Shown here: one piece after another, positions 18,101 to 29,238 of the stretch | Numbering within the stretch: the first letter of the stretch is position 1 | Layout of the letters: every line of letters begins with the position of its first letter | Assembly: GCA_050250855.1 (NCBI GenBank) | Contig: JBFWNW010000001.1 | Location: 160,001 to 224,000 of the forward strand | DNA: 64,000 bases | From: Candidatus Babeliales bacterium | GTDB taxonomy: Bacteria; Babelota; Babeliae; Babelales; JACPOV01 | Direction of reading: 5' to 3' | Translations under genes and position numbers: made by a program | Notes under the pieces: generated by a model | Databases searched by the model: none | The model's input: only the letters and a program-made list of their open reading frames with translations | What the model was told of the DNA's origin: nothing

Positions 18101-19510
18101 ATTCAGTATTCTCCTGAAGAAAAACTCTTGCGAGCTATCTTTGGAGAAAAAGCACGAGAAGTACGAGATACTTCTTTACGTGTACCACCTGGTATAGAGG
18201 GAACTGTTGTTGATGTAAAAGTATTTTCTCGTAGCGGTATCAGAAAAGATAAGCGTTATAAAGAGCTTGTTGCTGAAAAAACAGCTAAGATGGAAGGTGA
18301 ATTTAATGATCATCTTAATTTCTTAAATGAGATGGTTAAAGCTTCACTTATTCAAGAATTAGCTGATAAAGCTCCTTCGGGTAAAGTTTCTGCAACGCTT
18401 ATTAAGAATAAGAAATATGATGCAGAAAAACTTGAAAAACTTTCATTACAAGAACTATTTGTGCTTAAAGTTGAAGATAAAGCGGTAAATGAAAATATTT
18501 CACGCATTAAATCTTCTCTTGAAAATCAGCGAAGAATTTTGGCTGGTTTGAAAGAAGAGCGCATTAATCGTCTCAAGAAGGGTGATCCATTACCATCAGG
18601 TGTTATTAAGATGGTAAAAGTTTATATTGCCGCAAAACGACATATTTCTGTTGGTGATAAAATTGCAGGTCGCCATGGTAATAAAGGTGTTGTTTCAACT
18701 ATTGTTCCTCGTGAAGACATGCCATACATGGAAGACGGTACTCCTGTTGATATTGTACTGAATCCATTAGGTGTACCATCACGTATGAACGTTGGACAGA
18801 TCTTAGAGACGATTCTTGGATTGGCTGGACGTCAAATTGGTAATCAGTTGAAATCATTGCTTGATTCTACAGGATTTGATGAAGTCAAAAAGTATTTGGA
18901 AAAATATTATGGCTCTGACTTAATACGTTCTTATGAAAAAGAATATGGTAAGGATGAGTTGTTAAAATTAGCTCAAACTACAGCGCGTGACGGCATGCCG
19001 TTTAAGTCGCCAGTATTTGAAGGTGCTCATTTTGATCGTGATATTAAACCTATACTTGAAGAATTAAATTTACCGATAACTGGTTCATTTATGATTCGAG
19101 ATGGAAGAACGGGTGATTGTTTTGATCAGCCAGTAACGGTTGGTTCAATCTATATGATGAAACTAAACCACATGGTTGATGACAAGTTGCATGCTCGTTC
19201 TGTTGGACCTTACTCGTTAGTAACGCAACAGCCTTTGGGTGGTAAAGCTCAAATGGGTGGCCAGCGTTTTGGTGAGATGGAAGTATGGGCTCTGGAAGCT
19301 TATGGTGCTGCTTATACATTGCAAGAAATGTTGACCTATAAGTCTGACGATGTGAATGGTCGACCTAAGGTGTACGATGCAATTGTAAGTGGTGAAAAGA
19401 TTCCTGATCCAGGACTACCAGAATCATTTAATGTATTGATTAAAGAGTTACAAAGTTTAGGTTTACGCGTTGATTTATTTAGGACGGGCAAGGAGGAAGT
19501 CAGTGAGTAA
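15188..19510 (+). CDS. rpoB: RNA polymerase beta subunit with N-terminal Cys-rich insertion
   Basis: SQFMDQTNPLSE, GDKIAGRHGNKG, GGQRFGEMEVWALEAYG. Confidence 0.99.
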   Translation: MSVGMNKDIVRKSFGNVRDVVPVPDLIAIQSKSFNDFAQLDCLPNERVCMGLEKVLRDIFPIDYDNKMSLEYVSYELGDWACTCGKLKGIVDRYTWTCLSCKKSDCSRLDSKLTCTFCKKNTARYKTCSNCLSRVSIQLVMGTEECRSSGQTFSMPLRIKVQLIAWNVDEAGNKNVREIKEQDIFFADVPVMADLYEEKGVIKLGDKGTFLINGVDRVVVSQLHRSPGVVFTQSKKVKDVRGRPYYLARLIPMRGSWLDFEFDSNDNLYVRIDKKKKLLVTTFLQALGISRDTIIKQFYSFDHIVVKNGEFLRSVNESLIGQRLEKGMIPDNVDQSFLGKRVTKEIVDALKKAKVDYVVLKHASIVNRVVGADVIDPETGEVIIEQGQSLHEENLNTLKKLKSVELDLISSSGYVLQPTIALTLTQDKCYSEEDALKDLHSKVWPGDSSSLKEIKERLENMLFSNRLYDLTRVGRIRINRKLGLDVSEDIHALTREDIVETIRYLVNLRELGEGELDDIDHLGNRRVRLVGELLTNQIYLGFLRIERIVKERFRTQEIHSALMPQDFLNIKPLSAVVREFFGTGQLSQFMDQTNPLSEIAHKRRLSALGPGGVLKDRATYEIRDVHTSHYGRICPIETPEGQTIGLISSLATYAMVNDLGFIETAYRPVHDAKIKEDVVFLDAFQESHKYIAQFDAARRDSSTLKNDLAVARHEGNFLYVEPEKVDYVDLSPKQLVSVSTALIPFLEHDDATRALMGSNMQRQAVPLIKCKAPIVATGMEKEISKSSGAVLVAKRPGLVEYVSSEKIIIRVDQSEFDNIEDWISQGIDTYNLRKFQRSSYSTWIHHTPAVNRGDRVSAGTILTNGAAIESGELALGSNLLVAFMPWHGYNFEDAIVLSKRLVAEDVMTSVHIDEYVVDARDTKLGPEEITKDVPNVSEAALSSLDDDGIVYVGTRVKPGDILVGKVTLKGDIQYSPEEKLLRAIFGEKAREVRDTSLRVPPGIEGTVVDVKVFSRSGIRKDKRYKELVAEKTAKMEGEFNDHLNFLNEMVKASLIQELADKAPSGKVSATLIKNKKYDAEKLEKLSLQELFVLKVEDKAVNENISRIKSSLENQRRILAGLKEERINRLKKGDPLPSGVIKMVKVYIAAKRHISVGDKIAGRHGNKGVVSTIVPREDMPYMEDGTPVDIVLNPLGVPSRMNVGQILETILGLAGRQIGNQLKSLLDSTGFDEVKKYLEKYYGSDLIRSYEKEYGKDELLKLAQTTARDGMPFKSPVFEGAHFDRDIKPILEELNLPITGSFMIRDGRTGDCFDQPVTVGSIYMMKLNHMVDDKLHARSVGPYSLVTQQPLGGKAQMGGQRFGEMEVWALEAYGAAYTLQEMLTYKSDDVNGRPKVYDAIVSGEKIPDPGLPESFNVLIKELQSLGLRVDLFRTGKEEVSE

Positions 19511-22500
19511 TCAAATATTAGAGCGTTTTAGAGAATATATTAGCGCAACGAAATTTAACGCTATTCGCCTCGGACTTTCTTCACCTGAAAAGGTTCGTTC
19601 TCTTTCATATGGAGAAGTTAAAAAGATAGAGACAATAAACTATCGAACGCTAAAACCAGAAAGAGATGGCTTATTTTGTGCGCGTATTTTTGGTCCTGTA
19701 AAAGACTGGGAATGTAATTGCGGTAAATATAAGCGTATGAAACACCGTGGTGTTACCTGCGAAAAGTGTGGCGTTGAAGTTATTCAATCACGTGTTAGAC
19801 GTGAGCGAATGGGCCATATTGAGCTTGTTGCGCCGGTGTGCCATATTTGGTACTTAAAAGGTATCCCGAGCTATTTAGGTATAGTTATAGATATTCCGGT
19901 TAAGGACTTAGAACGAGTTATCTACTTTGATGCTTATATGGTTATACGCCAAGGAAATTCTCCTTATGCGCCAAAAACCCTATTAAATCATGCGGAATAT
20001 GAACAATATTTAGATACGCATCCTGAAGATATAGATTTTAAGGCTGAGGTTGGTGCTGAGGCTATCCGCCTTTATTTACAAGGCATAGATTTAGCACTTG
20101 AAGTTGCTCATTTAGAAAGAGAATACGAAAAATCAACAGCTGTTGCTGCTCGTCACAAAATAATGCGACGAATCAAGGTTCTTTCTGAAATGATGCAATC
20201 TAATATCAATCCAGCTTGGATGATTATGGGTGTATTGCCTGTTTTACCGCCAGACTTAAGACCGCTTGTACCGTTGGAAGGTGGTCGTTTTGCAAGTTCT
20301 GATTTAAACGAATTGTATCGAAGAGTTTTAAATAGAAATATTCGTTTGCAGAGATTGCTTGAAATTGAAGCTCCTGCTGTTATTATTCGTAATGAAAAGC
20401 GTATGCTTCAAGAGTCGGTTGACGCTCTTATTGATAATGGTCGTCGAGGACAGGCTATTCGTGGATCTAATAAGCGCCCACTTAAATCTTTAAGTGAAAT
20501 GCTTCGTGGTAAGCAAGGTCGCTTCCGTCAAAACCTTTTGGGTAAACGTGTTGATTATTCTGGTCGTTCAGTGATCGTAGTTGATCCTGAGCTGCGTATG
20601 GATCAATGTGGATTACCAAAACTTATGGCTCTAGAGCTTTTCAAGCCATATATTTATGAAGGTTTGATTGCTCGCGAAGTAGCTCCTAATCTACGTGTTG
20701 CAAAGCGTATGGTAGAAGAATCTGCACCAGAAATTTGGGACGTATTAGAAGAAGTTGTTGCAAAGCGTCCAGTATTGCTGAACCGTGCTCCAACTCTTCA
20801 TCGCTTGGGTATTCAGGCTTTTTATCCTAGTTTGGTTGATGGAAAAGCTATCAAAATTCATCCTCTTGTTTGTGCGGCATTTAACGCTGACTTTGATGGT
20901 GACCAGATGGCGGTTCATATCCCATTAAATGAGAAAGCTCAAATAGAAGCGGAAACGTTGATGTTGTCTTCAAAGAATATTTTGTCAGTTGCGAATGGTC
21001 GTTCATTGGCCGTTCCTTCTCAGGATATGATTTTAGGATTGCATTATATGACTAAAGTTCGCTGTAATGCTCGAGGAGAAGGTGTAGTCTTTTCTGGTGT
21101 ACAAGAAGTTCTAACAGCTTTTCAGCATAATCAAGTAGATCTTCATGCGCGTATTAAAATGAGAATTTTGAATGGTGATATTGTTGAGACAACGGTAGGC
21201 AGAGTTATTCTGTACAATGCATTGCCAGAAGGTTCAGAATTTTATTGGATCAATAAAGTAATGAAACGCAGTGATGTAACTCGTATGATTGAAAAAATCT
21301 ACCATCGCTTTGGCAATGAGGCTACTGTTGCATGTTTAGATAAAATTAAGAAACTAGGTTTCTTCTATTCTACTCATGGTGGTATTTCGTTCTCATTAGG
21401 AAACTTAGTTGTTCCTGCTGCTAAAAATGAAGTGGTAAAACGTGCAGAAAAAGAAGTTCAGCGCATTGAAAAAATGTATATGGACGGTGTTATAACAAAT
21501 GGTGAGCGCCATAATAAGGTTCTTGCTATTTGGTATCATGCTACTGCTGAAGTTGCAGGTGATGTTGCCAAAGATTTAGAAGAAGAAAATCAAATTGCTT
21601 TTGCAAATAAAGATAAAGACTTTAAGCCATTTAATCCTATCTTTATGATGCTTGATTCTGGTGCACGTGGTTCAAAAGATCAGATTAAACAGCTAGTTGG
21701 TATGCGTGGTCTTATGGCCAAGCCGTCTGGTGAAGTTATGGAAACTCCGGTTAAAAGTAACTTTAAAGATGGCCTGAGCGTTTTTGAATACTTTATTTCT
21801 ACGCATGGTGCCCGTAAAGGACAAGCTGATACAGCATTAAAAACAGCAAACTCTGGTTACCTAACGCGTAAGCTTGTTGATGTTGCTCAAGACGTTGTTA
21901 TTACAATTAAAGATTGCGGCACAATGGCTTATATTGATATGGAAGATTTGAAAGAGGGTGGTGATATTATAAACCCTATTGCAAATCGAGTATTCGGTCG
22001 CATTGTAGCGGCGGACGTTAAAGACCCGGTTTCTGGTCAAATGTTGTTCAAACAAGGACATCTGGTTAATCGAGATGATGTTAATACTATCGCTAATTCT
22101 GCATTATCAAGGATACCTACCAAATCTGTGTTGACGTGCCATGCAAAACGTGGTGTTTGCTCGATGTGTTATGGTATGGATTTATCTAAAGGTCAGATGG
22201 TTGAAGTTGGAACGACTGTTGGTATTATAGCAGCTCAATCTATTGGTGAACCAGGTACGCAGCTTACCATGAGAACGTTCCACATTGGTGGTATTGCTAG
22301 TGGTACAGCAGAGCAATCTCATATTACTGCGCGCCATAATGGTATTGTTCAATTACGTGGTGTTCGTACTATTCAAAATAAAGATGGTAAAAACATTATT
22401 ATGAGTCGTAAAGCGTCTATCGTAATTCTTTCTGATGACGGTAGAGAGCTTCAGCAACATAATGTTGAGTACGGTTCTATCTTGCTTGTACACGATAAGC

Positions 22501-23645
22501 AAGAAATAAAATCTGGTACAAGGCTAGCTGAATGGGATCCAAACTCAACAGTAATTATTACTGAAAAGAGCGGTATTATTAATTATGTTGACTTGGTTGA
22601 CAATGTTACGGTTCAAACAGTATTTGACGAGGCGACGAACAAATCAAGTAAAATTGTTTTAGAGCATCGTGATGAAAAATATCAGCCTTCTATAGCTATT
22701 GTTGATCAAGAAGATGAAGAGCTTGCTCAATATTACTTGCCTACAGGTGCTTACTTGGCAGTTGATAAAGGAGCAAAAGTTCAAGCTGGAGACATTTTAG
22801 TTAAAATTCCTCGAGAAACCTTTAAAACTAAAGATATCGCCGGTGGTTTACCACGTATTGCTGAGCTTTTTGAAGCACGAGTTCCAAAAGATCCAGCTAT
22901 TATTTCAGACATAGATGGTGAAGTGGTATTCGGTGGTATTCATCGAGGCTTGCGTAAGGTAACCGTTGTTAACGCGTATGAGTCTTTTGATTACTTTATT
23001 CCGCGTGGTAAACAGTTGAATGTTGCTAATGGGGATAAAGTAAATGCAGGAGATCAGTTGACGACTGGTGTTCCTGTGTTGCATGATGTTTTAAGAATTT
23101 TAGGGCCAGAAGTACTTCAAAAGTATTTAGTTGGACAAATTCAAGAAATTTATATGCTACAAGGTGTAACCATTAACGACCGCCATGTTGAGCTTATTGT
23201 TCGCCAAATGCTTCGTAAAGTGCGTGTGGTTGATTCTGGAGATACTGATTTCCTTATTGGTGATCGTGTTGATAAAATTCACTTTAAATCGGTGAATGCA
23301 TTGTTACAAGCAGAAGGCAAAAAAGTAGCTGCAGCAAAACCTACTCTTATGGGTATTACGCTTGCATCTCTTGATACAGAAAGCTTTATTTCAGCAGCTT
23401 CTTTCCAAGAAACAACGAAGATTCTTGCTGAAGCATCTATATCAGGTGCTGTTGATAACTTGTATGGCTTAAAAGAAAATGTAATTATTGGTAAACTGAT
23501 TCCAGCAGGTACAGGTATTAAGTCTTTTAGAGAAAAGTACCTTGGTAGCGAAGAATCAGAGTTTGAAAAAGAAGCGCGCGCTGAAGAAATAGCAACTATG
23601 ACGCGCGCTAAAACGAATAGTAAACAGAGAACAAAAACGGTATAA
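19503..23645 (+). CDS. rpoC: RNA polymerase beta' subunit
   Basis: NADFDGD active site and Zn fingers; GTG start at 19503 preceded by AGGAGG. Confidence 0.99.
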   Translation: MSNQILERFREYISATKFNAIRLGLSSPEKVRSLSYGEVKKIETINYRTLKPERDGLFCARIFGPVKDWECNCGKYKRMKHRGVTCEKCGVEVIQSRVRRERMGHIELVAPVCHIWYLKGIPSYLGIVIDIPVKDLERVIYFDAYMVIRQGNSPYAPKTLLNHAEYEQYLDTHPEDIDFKAEVGAEAIRLYLQGIDLALEVAHLEREYEKSTAVAARHKIMRRIKVLSEMMQSNINPAWMIMGVLPVLPPDLRPLVPLEGGRFASSDLNELYRRVLNRNIRLQRLLEIEAPAVIIRNEKRMLQESVDALIDNGRRGQAIRGSNKRPLKSLSEMLRGKQGRFRQNLLGKRVDYSGRSVIVVDPELRMDQCGLPKLMALELFKPYIYEGLIAREVAPNLRVAKRMVEESAPEIWDVLEEVVAKRPVLLNRAPTLHRLGIQAFYPSLVDGKAIKIHPLVCAAFNADFDGDQMAVHIPLNEKAQIEAETLMLSSKNILSVANGRSLAVPSQDMILGLHYMTKVRCNARGEGVVFSGVQEVLTAFQHNQVDLHARIKMRILNGDIVETTVGRVILYNALPEGSEFYWINKVMKRSDVTRMIEKIYHRFGNEATVACLDKIKKLGFFYSTHGGISFSLGNLVVPAAKNEVVKRAEKEVQRIEKMYMDGVITNGERHNKVLAIWYHATAEVAGDVAKDLEEENQIAFANKDKDFKPFNPIFMMLDSGARGSKDQIKQLVGMRGLMAKPSGEVMETPVKSNFKDGLSVFEYFISTHGARKGQADTALKTANSGYLTRKLVDVAQDVVITIKDCGTMAYIDMEDLKEGGDIINPIANRVFGRIVAADVKDPVSGQMLFKQGHLVNRDDVNTIANSALSRIPTKSVLTCHAKRGVCSMCYGMDLSKGQMVEVGTTVGIIAAQSIGEPGTQLTMRTFHIGGIASGTAEQSHITARHNGIVQLRGVRTIQNKDGKNIIMSRKASIVILSDDGRELQQHNVEYGSILLVHDKQEIKSGTRLAEWDPNSTVIITEKSGIINYVDLVDNVTVQTVFDEATNKSSKIVLEHRDEKYQPSIAIVDQEDEELAQYYLPTGAYLAVDKGAKVQAGDILVKIPRETFKTKDIAGGLPRIAELFEARVPKDPAIISDIDGEVVFGGIHRGLRKVTVVNAYESFDYFIPRGKQLNVANGDKVNAGDQLTTGVPVLHDVLRILGPEVLQKYLVGQIQEIYMLQGVTINDRHVELIVRQMLRKVRVVDSGDTDFLIGDRVDKIHFKSVNALLQAEGKKVAAAKPTLMGITLASLDTESFISAASFQETTKILAEASISGAVDNLYGLKENVIIGKLIPAGTGIKSFREKYLGSEESEFEKEARAEEIATMTRAKTNSKQRTKTV

Positions 23646-23658
23646 TAAATATTGTTGT

Positions 23659-23733
23659 AGGCGCGTAGCTCAGCGGCAGAGCACTGCTTTGACGTAGCAG
23701 GGGTCAGCGGTTCAAATCCGCTCGTGCCTACCA
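23659..23733 (+). tRNA. tRNA-Val(GAC)
   Basis: AGGCGCG/CGTGCCT stem, loop TTGACGT, GTTCAAATC, CCA. Confidence 0.95.
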
Positions 23734-23775
23734 TATAATAAAGAAAGTAACAGTTAATAACCTTAGGCAGGAACT

Positions 23776-24039
23776 ATGGAGAAGACAATAAAACAAAAGT
23801 TAGTGCAAGATTTTGGCAAGAGTGCTCAAGATACTGGATGTACAGCAGTGCAAATTGCATTATGGACTGAAAAAATTAAATTGCTTGAAGAGCATTTTAA
23901 AAAATTTCCAAAAGATGTAGGTTCTAAGCGTGGTTTGTTAAAAGCTGTTGCTAGTAGACGTAGCGCATTGTCGTATCTTGAAAAAAATAATCAAGAAGAA
24001 TATCAATCAGTTATCAAGCGTCTGAATTTAAGAAAATAA
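23776..24039 (+). CDS. rpsO: 30S ribosomal protein S15
   Basis: DTGCTAVQIA, SKRGLLK, LNLRK; upstream of pnp. Confidence 0.95.
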   Translation: MEKTIKQKLVQDFGKSAQDTGCTAVQIALWTEKIKLLEEHFKKFPKDVGSKRGLLKAVASRRSALSYLEKNNQEEYQSVIKRLNLRK

Positions 24040-24087
24040 TTTAAAACAATAAAGATGCTTGATTGTTTCAGGTTTAGGATTTAATGT

Positions 24088-26178
24088 ATGGTAAAAAAAT
24101 TTACACTTCCCGATTTTAATTATGAAGTAGAACTTGGCAAATTTGCACAGCAAGCAGACGGTGCTGCTTGGTTTAAACAAGGTGGTACCGTTGTATTAGC
24201 AACAGTGGTTTCTCAGCCTACTAAAGATTTTCCAGGCTTTTTACCGCTTTCTGTTGACTATCGTGAGCAATTTTCTGCTGCAGGCAAAATACCAGGTGGC
24301 TATTTTAAAAGGGAAGGAAAGTCGACTGATAAAGAAGTCTTGACAAGTCGCCTTATTGATAGAGCTATACGTCCTTTATTTCCTGAAACATATTTTAATC
24401 AAGTTCAAGTTTTGGTTACGGTATATTCTGTAGATAAAGAGCATATGCCAGCAACCATGTCGCTCGTTGCAGCTTCAGTTGCTTTATCAACAGCAAATAT
24501 TCCTTTCATGGGGCCAATTGGTGCAGTTGAAGTTGCTCGCGTAAAAGGCGAGTGGATTTTTAATCCTACTTATCCACAAGCTCAAGAATCTGACGTTCGT
24601 TTGGTAGTAGCTGGAACGGATGAAGGTATTAACATGGTTGAAGGATGTTTGAATGAAGTACCTGAAGACCAACTCGTTGATATTCTTTTCAGAGCACATG
24701 AAAAAATTAAAAAACAGGTTGAGTGGCAAAAGAATATTCAAAAAGAGTTTCAAGTAAAACCTGAAGAAATCCAAGAGCATGGCGATTGGGCATTATTCAG
24801 ACAAAAAGCAGAAGATTATTTGACGCCAGAGCGTTTAAAAACAATTTTTGTTCCTGACAAAGAGCAACGTGATCTGGCAATGGCAGCGCTTAAAGATACC
24901 TTTATGACTGAGCAAAAAGGGTTCATAGAAGAGCAGGGTGTTCCTGAAAACTTTATTGAATATATTTATGAAAAAGTTTTTGCTGAAAAAGCAAGTGATC
25001 AAGTTTTTGCCATGAAGCACCGTATCGATGGTAGACCATATGATAAAGTTCGCGCTATTTCTGTTGAAGTAGGGCTTTTGCCTTTTACTCATGGATCTTC
25101 ATTATTTACGCGTGGTCGTACACAAGCGTTAGCAAGTGTTACCTTGGGTGGTGGTCAAGATAAGCAAATGGTTGAAGGCTTAATGGGTGATACTCTTGAA
25201 AAATCATTCATGCTTCATTATAATTTTCCGCCTTTCTCTTCCGGTGAAGTTAAACCTTTGCGTGGTCCTGGTAGACGTGAAGTAGGGCATGGGTATTTGG
25301 CTAATTCTGCACTAGAACATATGCTTCCTGCTGCCGATAAGTTTCCTTATACTATTCGTATTGTTGTAGATATTTTAGAATCTGATGGTTCTACTTCTAT
25401 GGCAACTACCTGTGCTTCAACTATGGCTTTGATGAATGCCGGTGTTCCTATCAAAAAGATGGTGAGTGGCGTTGCTATGGGTCTTTTAAGATCACCAGAA
25501 GGTGTTTTCCAAGCAATTACTGATATTACCGGCAGTGAAGATGCTTACGGTCTGATGGACTTTAAAGTATGTGGAACGCAAGATGGTGTCACTGCAATCC
25601 AAATGGATATTAAATATAAAGGTGGATTGCCTAAAGAAGTATTCCAAAAAGCATTAGCTCAAGCAAAAGAAGGTCGCTTACATATTTTGGGTGAGATGCA
25701 AAAAGTTATGACGGCACCAAGTCCTGAACTTTCTAAATTGGTACCAAAAATTGTAACTGTAAAAGTTCCAACTGATAAAATTGGTGCAATTATTGGTTCT
25801 GGCGGGAAGATTATTAAAGAGATCATTGAAAAAACACGTACTCAAATTGATATTGAGGACGATGGTACCGTTAACGTATACGGAACACCAGAAGCTGATC
25901 TCGATCAAGCAATAAATTGGATTAATACGCTTGCTGGGCAGATCAAAAAAGGAACTATTTATAAAGGCCGTGTGAAAAGAACAGCAGACTTTGGTGTATT
26001 TGTTGAAATTGCACCAGGACAAGATGGCCTTGTACATATTTCTGCTATTGATCGAGCAAAGCAGCAAAACTTGTCAAAGTTTTACCCAAGTGATACAGAA
26101 ATTCCTGTTGAAGTTATTGATTATGATGAATCTACAGGAAGAATTCGCTTGAGATTCCTTGAAGAAGCACCAAAATAA
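24088..26178 (+). CDS. pnp: Polyribonucleotide nucleotidyltransferase
   Basis: SRLIDRAIRPLF, RREVGHG, MDFKV, KH and S1 domains. Confidence 0.98.
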   Translation: MVKKFTLPDFNYEVELGKFAQQADGAAWFKQGGTVVLATVVSQPTKDFPGFLPLSVDYREQFSAAGKIPGGYFKREGKSTDKEVLTSRLIDRAIRPLFPETYFNQVQVLVTVYSVDKEHMPATMSLVAASVALSTANIPFMGPIGAVEVARVKGEWIFNPTYPQAQESDVRLVVAGTDEGINMVEGCLNEVPEDQLVDILFRAHEKIKKQVEWQKNIQKEFQVKPEEIQEHGDWALFRQKAEDYLTPERLKTIFVPDKEQRDLAMAALKDTFMTEQKGFIEEQGVPENFIEYIYEKVFAEKASDQVFAMKHRIDGRPYDKVRAISVEVGLLPFTHGSSLFTRGRTQALASVTLGGGQDKQMVEGLMGDTLEKSFMLHYNFPPFSSGEVKPLRGPGRREVGHGYLANSALEHMLPAADKFPYTIRIVVDILESDGSTSMATTCASTMALMNAGVPIKKMVSGVAMGLLRSPEGVFQAITDITGSEDAYGLMDFKVCGTQDGVTAIQMDIKYKGGLPKEVFQKALAQAKEGRLHILGEMQKVMTAPSPELSKLVPKIVTVKVPTDKIGAIIGSGGKIIKEIIEKTRTQIDIEDDGTVNVYGTPEADLDQAINWINTLAGQIKKGTIYKGRVKRTADFGVFVEIAPGQDGLVHISAIDRAKQQNLSKFYPSDTEIPVEVIDYDESTGRIRLRFLEEAPK

Positions 26179-26190
26179 AGGTCTGATTTT

Positions 26191-26964
26191 ATGCCACGTA
26201 GCTACAAAAGAACGCCAGATCAAGTTCGCCCTTTAAAGATTACAAAGCATGTTGCCGGTAATGCTGATGGATCTGTGTTGCTAGAGCTTGGCAAGACTAA
26301 AGTTATTTGTACTGCTTCGTTGGCCAATACAACGCCGCATTTTTTGAGAAATAAAGATAAGTGGTGGCTTACCGCTTCCTACAATTTATTACCGGCCTCA
26401 GCACAAACTCGTGTTGAGCGAGAATCTATAGCAAAGCGTAACGAACGTTCTGTAGAAATATCTCGTTTGATAGGAAGATCTTTGCGTTCTATTGTTTCTT
26501 TGCACGATATGGGCAGTGAAAAAACAATCTATATTGATTGTGATGTATTGCAAGCAGATGGAAGTACCCGTTGCGCGAGCATTACGGGTGCTTTTGTTGC
26601 ACTTCAATTGGCTGAGCAAAAATGGCTTTCTCAAGGCATTATCAAGCAACCATTTATACAAGATGAGCTTGTAGCAGTATCCTGTGGTATTTTAGATGGA
26701 ACAGCGCTTGTCGATATAGATTATGCAGAAGATAGTAATGGTGTGGCAGATTTTAATTTTGTCATGACGCGTTCTGGCAATATTATTGAAATTCAAGGCT
26801 CTGCTGAACAAAAACCTATTGCATGGAATCAAGTTGCATTGCTGGCCACGCTTGCTCATAAAGGGATTCAAGATATTTTTGCTTTTCTTGATAATCAAGA
26901 TACTCCCGTAAAGCATGATAAAAAATTACAGGTCTCGCTTAAAGAACTATTACAAAGTCAATAA
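26191..26964 (+). CDS. rph: Ribonuclease PH
   Basis: EISRLIGRSLR, DCDVLQADG, EIQGSAE. Confidence 0.93.
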   Translation: MPRSYKRTPDQVRPLKITKHVAGNADGSVLLELGKTKVICTASLANTTPHFLRNKDKWWLTASYNLLPASAQTRVERESIAKRNERSVEISRLIGRSLRSIVSLHDMGSEKTIYIDCDVLQADGSTRCASITGAFVALQLAEQKWLSQGIIKQPFIQDELVAVSCGILDGTALVDIDYAEDSNGVADFNFVMTRSGNIIEIQGSAEQKPIAWNQVALLATLAHKGIQDIFAFLDNQDTPVKHDKKLQVSLKELLQSQ

Positions 26965-26966
26965 CT

Positions 26967-27914
26967 ATGGATTTTAAAGCACTTGTTATGTTATTTGAGG
27001 AAACTGGATTAGAAAAAAATCCAGTTTTTTGTTTTACCGGATCTGACTATCCTGTGCTTTTCTTTTCATTGCTCAAACAGCAGTGGGCTCCTCGTTTGCA
27101 AGGGAATATTCGTTCAATTGATGGAGAATCTATTGATTTTGAACAGTTTAAATCAGAGCTTTCTGTAGCATTTTTGGCAACAAGCTTGGTTTATTGGTGC
27201 GGTAATATCAGTGCTTTTGATGCCAAGCTGCAAAAAAAATTTTTAGCATTTGCTCAGCAGTATCAAGGACCACACAAATTGGTTTTTTTTATTGAAAAAG
27301 TTCCCGCAGAATTAAAAAAAAGAACAGATGTTTCAGTACTAGAACTTTCTGCAGAACTTACTAAAGAGCATTGGCATGAAATAGCGCAGCTTTTTTTTGA
27401 AAAAACACCCATTAATAGTCAGGTTATTGATTCTTTGGTAAAAAAAGTTGGTGCTGTATCTTTAGATACCATTTGTCTTTTATTGCATTATGCCACGTTA
27501 TTAAGCCGTGCCTCGGTTGGACCATTTATTGAGCAATGGCTGCCGATGATCTTGAATGCTGAAAAATCACTATTCACCCTAAGTGCTCATTTTTTTGCCC
27601 AAAAAAGTAAAGAATTCTTTGCTCTATGGTATGAGCTCAAAGATACGTATCCACCACAATTCTGGATCTCCTATTGGTCCGAGCAGCTTTTTAGAGCAAC
27701 ATTTTTTGTAAAATATGCTAAAGCGCAGAATTTTTTAGAAGCAAAAAAAATAGCCTATCGCTTGCCATTTACGTTTATTAAAAAAGATTGGAAGAGCTTT
27801 TCCACAAAGCATTTAATCATGGCTCATGATTTTTTATATGATATTGATTATCAGCTGAAAAACGGTGGTCAGCCATTTGCGCTTGAACTATTTTATAGCA
27901 GATTTTTTGTCTAA
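26967..27914 (+). CDS. Hypothetical protein, possibly divergent DNA polymerase III delta subunit
   Basis: 315 aa; N-terminal FTG.D, C-terminal 'IDYQLKNG...LELF' reminiscent of HolA. Confidence 0.5.
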   Translation: MDFKALVMLFEETGLEKNPVFCFTGSDYPVLFFSLLKQQWAPRLQGNIRSIDGESIDFEQFKSELSVAFLATSLVYWCGNISAFDAKLQKKFLAFAQQYQGPHKLVFFIEKVPAELKKRTDVSVLELSAELTKEHWHEIAQLFFEKTPINSQVIDSLVKKVGAVSLDTICLLLHYATLLSRASVGPFIEQWLPMILNAEKSLFTLSAHFFAQKSKEFFALWYELKDTYPPQFWISYWSEQLFRATFFVKYAKAQNFLEAKKIAYRLPFTFIKKDWKSFSTKHLIMAHDFLYDIDYQLKNGGQPFALELFYSRFFV

Positions 27915-27923
27915 CCGTGTACT

Positions 27924-28289
27924 TTAATGCTCTTGAATAAACTTTTCTAGTTTTTGCACGCTCATTTGATTTTGAGTTTCTATCCAACTAAAATATTCTT
28001 CTAGGACGGAATCTTGATTTTTAATGATAGATATCTTCTCAGATTTTGTATTATCATAAATTTTTTTTCCCATAGTATAGTAAGCAAAGATGTTTTTTGC
28101 ATTTATAAGTGTAGAAAAATTAGCATTATTTGTTGATGACAAATTTGTATATACCGCTTCAAGAGTATTTTCCAAAAACTTGTTTTCTTTTCCGTTTTTT
28201 ACCATTTCGATTAAATCTGATATCTGAATTTCTTGGCACCATAATGTTTGACACGTAAAAAGAACTATAAAAATTAATAATTTTTTCAT
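27924..28289 (-). CDS. Hypothetical secreted protein
   Basis: MKKLLIFIVLF signal peptide. Confidence 0.65.
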   Translation of the reverse strand: MKKLLIFIVLFTCQTLWCQEIQISDLIEMVKNGKENKFLENTLEAVYTNLSSTNNANFSTLINAKNIFAYYTMGKKIYDNTKSEKISIIKNQDSVLEEYFSWIETQNQMSVQKLEKFIQEH

Positions 28290-28320
28290 AAATGTTTTGT
28301 AATTTTAAATGTTAATTAAG

Positions 28321-29223
28321 CTACTCTTGAGCGCCTTTTTCTAAAAGAATAGTTATGGTAGGTTCATGACCTATTTCTTTTGCGTATTGCAGAATTTTTG
28401 TGTTATAGTAAAAGCCATTAGGGTTTGCGCCATGTTCAAGGAGAAGCTTTACTGTCTCAGGAAATTTCTTTTTAATAGCAATGGTTAAAGGTGACTCTGA
28501 ATTTGAATTTGGGCGGTCGATAGCAATATTTTTTTGCTGTAAAAGGAACGTTATAATAGGTAAAGAATTTTCCTTTACAGCAAAGGTTAGAGATGTCTCA
28601 TTTTTTTCACAAAGTTCATTAATGCTAGCTCCATGAGCGATTAAGCTCGACATTATTTTAGTAGTATCATGATTAGCATCGTATTCATTAATAGCATAAT
28701 GAAGTGGTTTAAATCTAGATGCATCAGCTGCATTTGGGTTGGCATTGTATTTTAGAAGAAGATTGATCATAGCAAGACTGTTTGCAAGATGGATTGGTCT
28801 TTGCCCTATTATAGTATAATTATTATTAGGATTAGCCCCATGTCTGAGTAAACATTCTGCAGTTTCAATATAATCAAACTCTGTAGCTACACTTAAAGCG
28901 TCTCGTCCTCCATATTCAACATTGATATTTGCTTTTTTTTCAAGAAGTGCTTCTACAACAGAAGGTTGATTATAAGCGGTGGCATATATTAAATGGGGTG
29001 CTCTTAGAACATAATCATCATTAAGATCGCAGTTTTCTTGATTGATGATTTCAAGTGCTTTTTCTTTATTTCCTGAACAGATTGCTTCTATTAAAGGTGT
29101 ATGTTTGGGCGAATGTCGTTCAAGCTGTTTACGATAGCATATTTCACGAGAGCTTAATTCCATTCCTAAAAAAGATTGATTCAAAAGTAATATAATGATG
29201 CCTATGTTATAAAAATTTTTCAT
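28321..29223 (-). CDS. Ankyrin repeat protein with signal peptide
   Basis: Repeated TPLIEA/KPLHYA/SPLTIA ... LLEHGANPN motifs. Confidence 0.92.
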   Translation of the reverse strand: MKNFYNIGIIILLLNQSFLGMELSSREICYRKQLERHSPKHTPLIEAICSGNKEKALEIINQENCDLNDDYVLRAPHLIYATAYNQPSVVEALLEKKANINVEYGGRDALSVATEFDYIETAECLLRHGANPNNNYTIIGQRPIHLANSLAMINLLLKYNANPNAADASRFKPLHYAINEYDANHDTTKIMSSLIAHGASINELCEKNETSLTFAVKENSLPIITFLLQQKNIAIDRPNSNSESPLTIAIKKKFPETVKLLLEHGANPNGFYYNTKILQYAKEIGHEPTITILLEKGAQE

Positions 29224-29238
29224 AGAATTAATATCTTT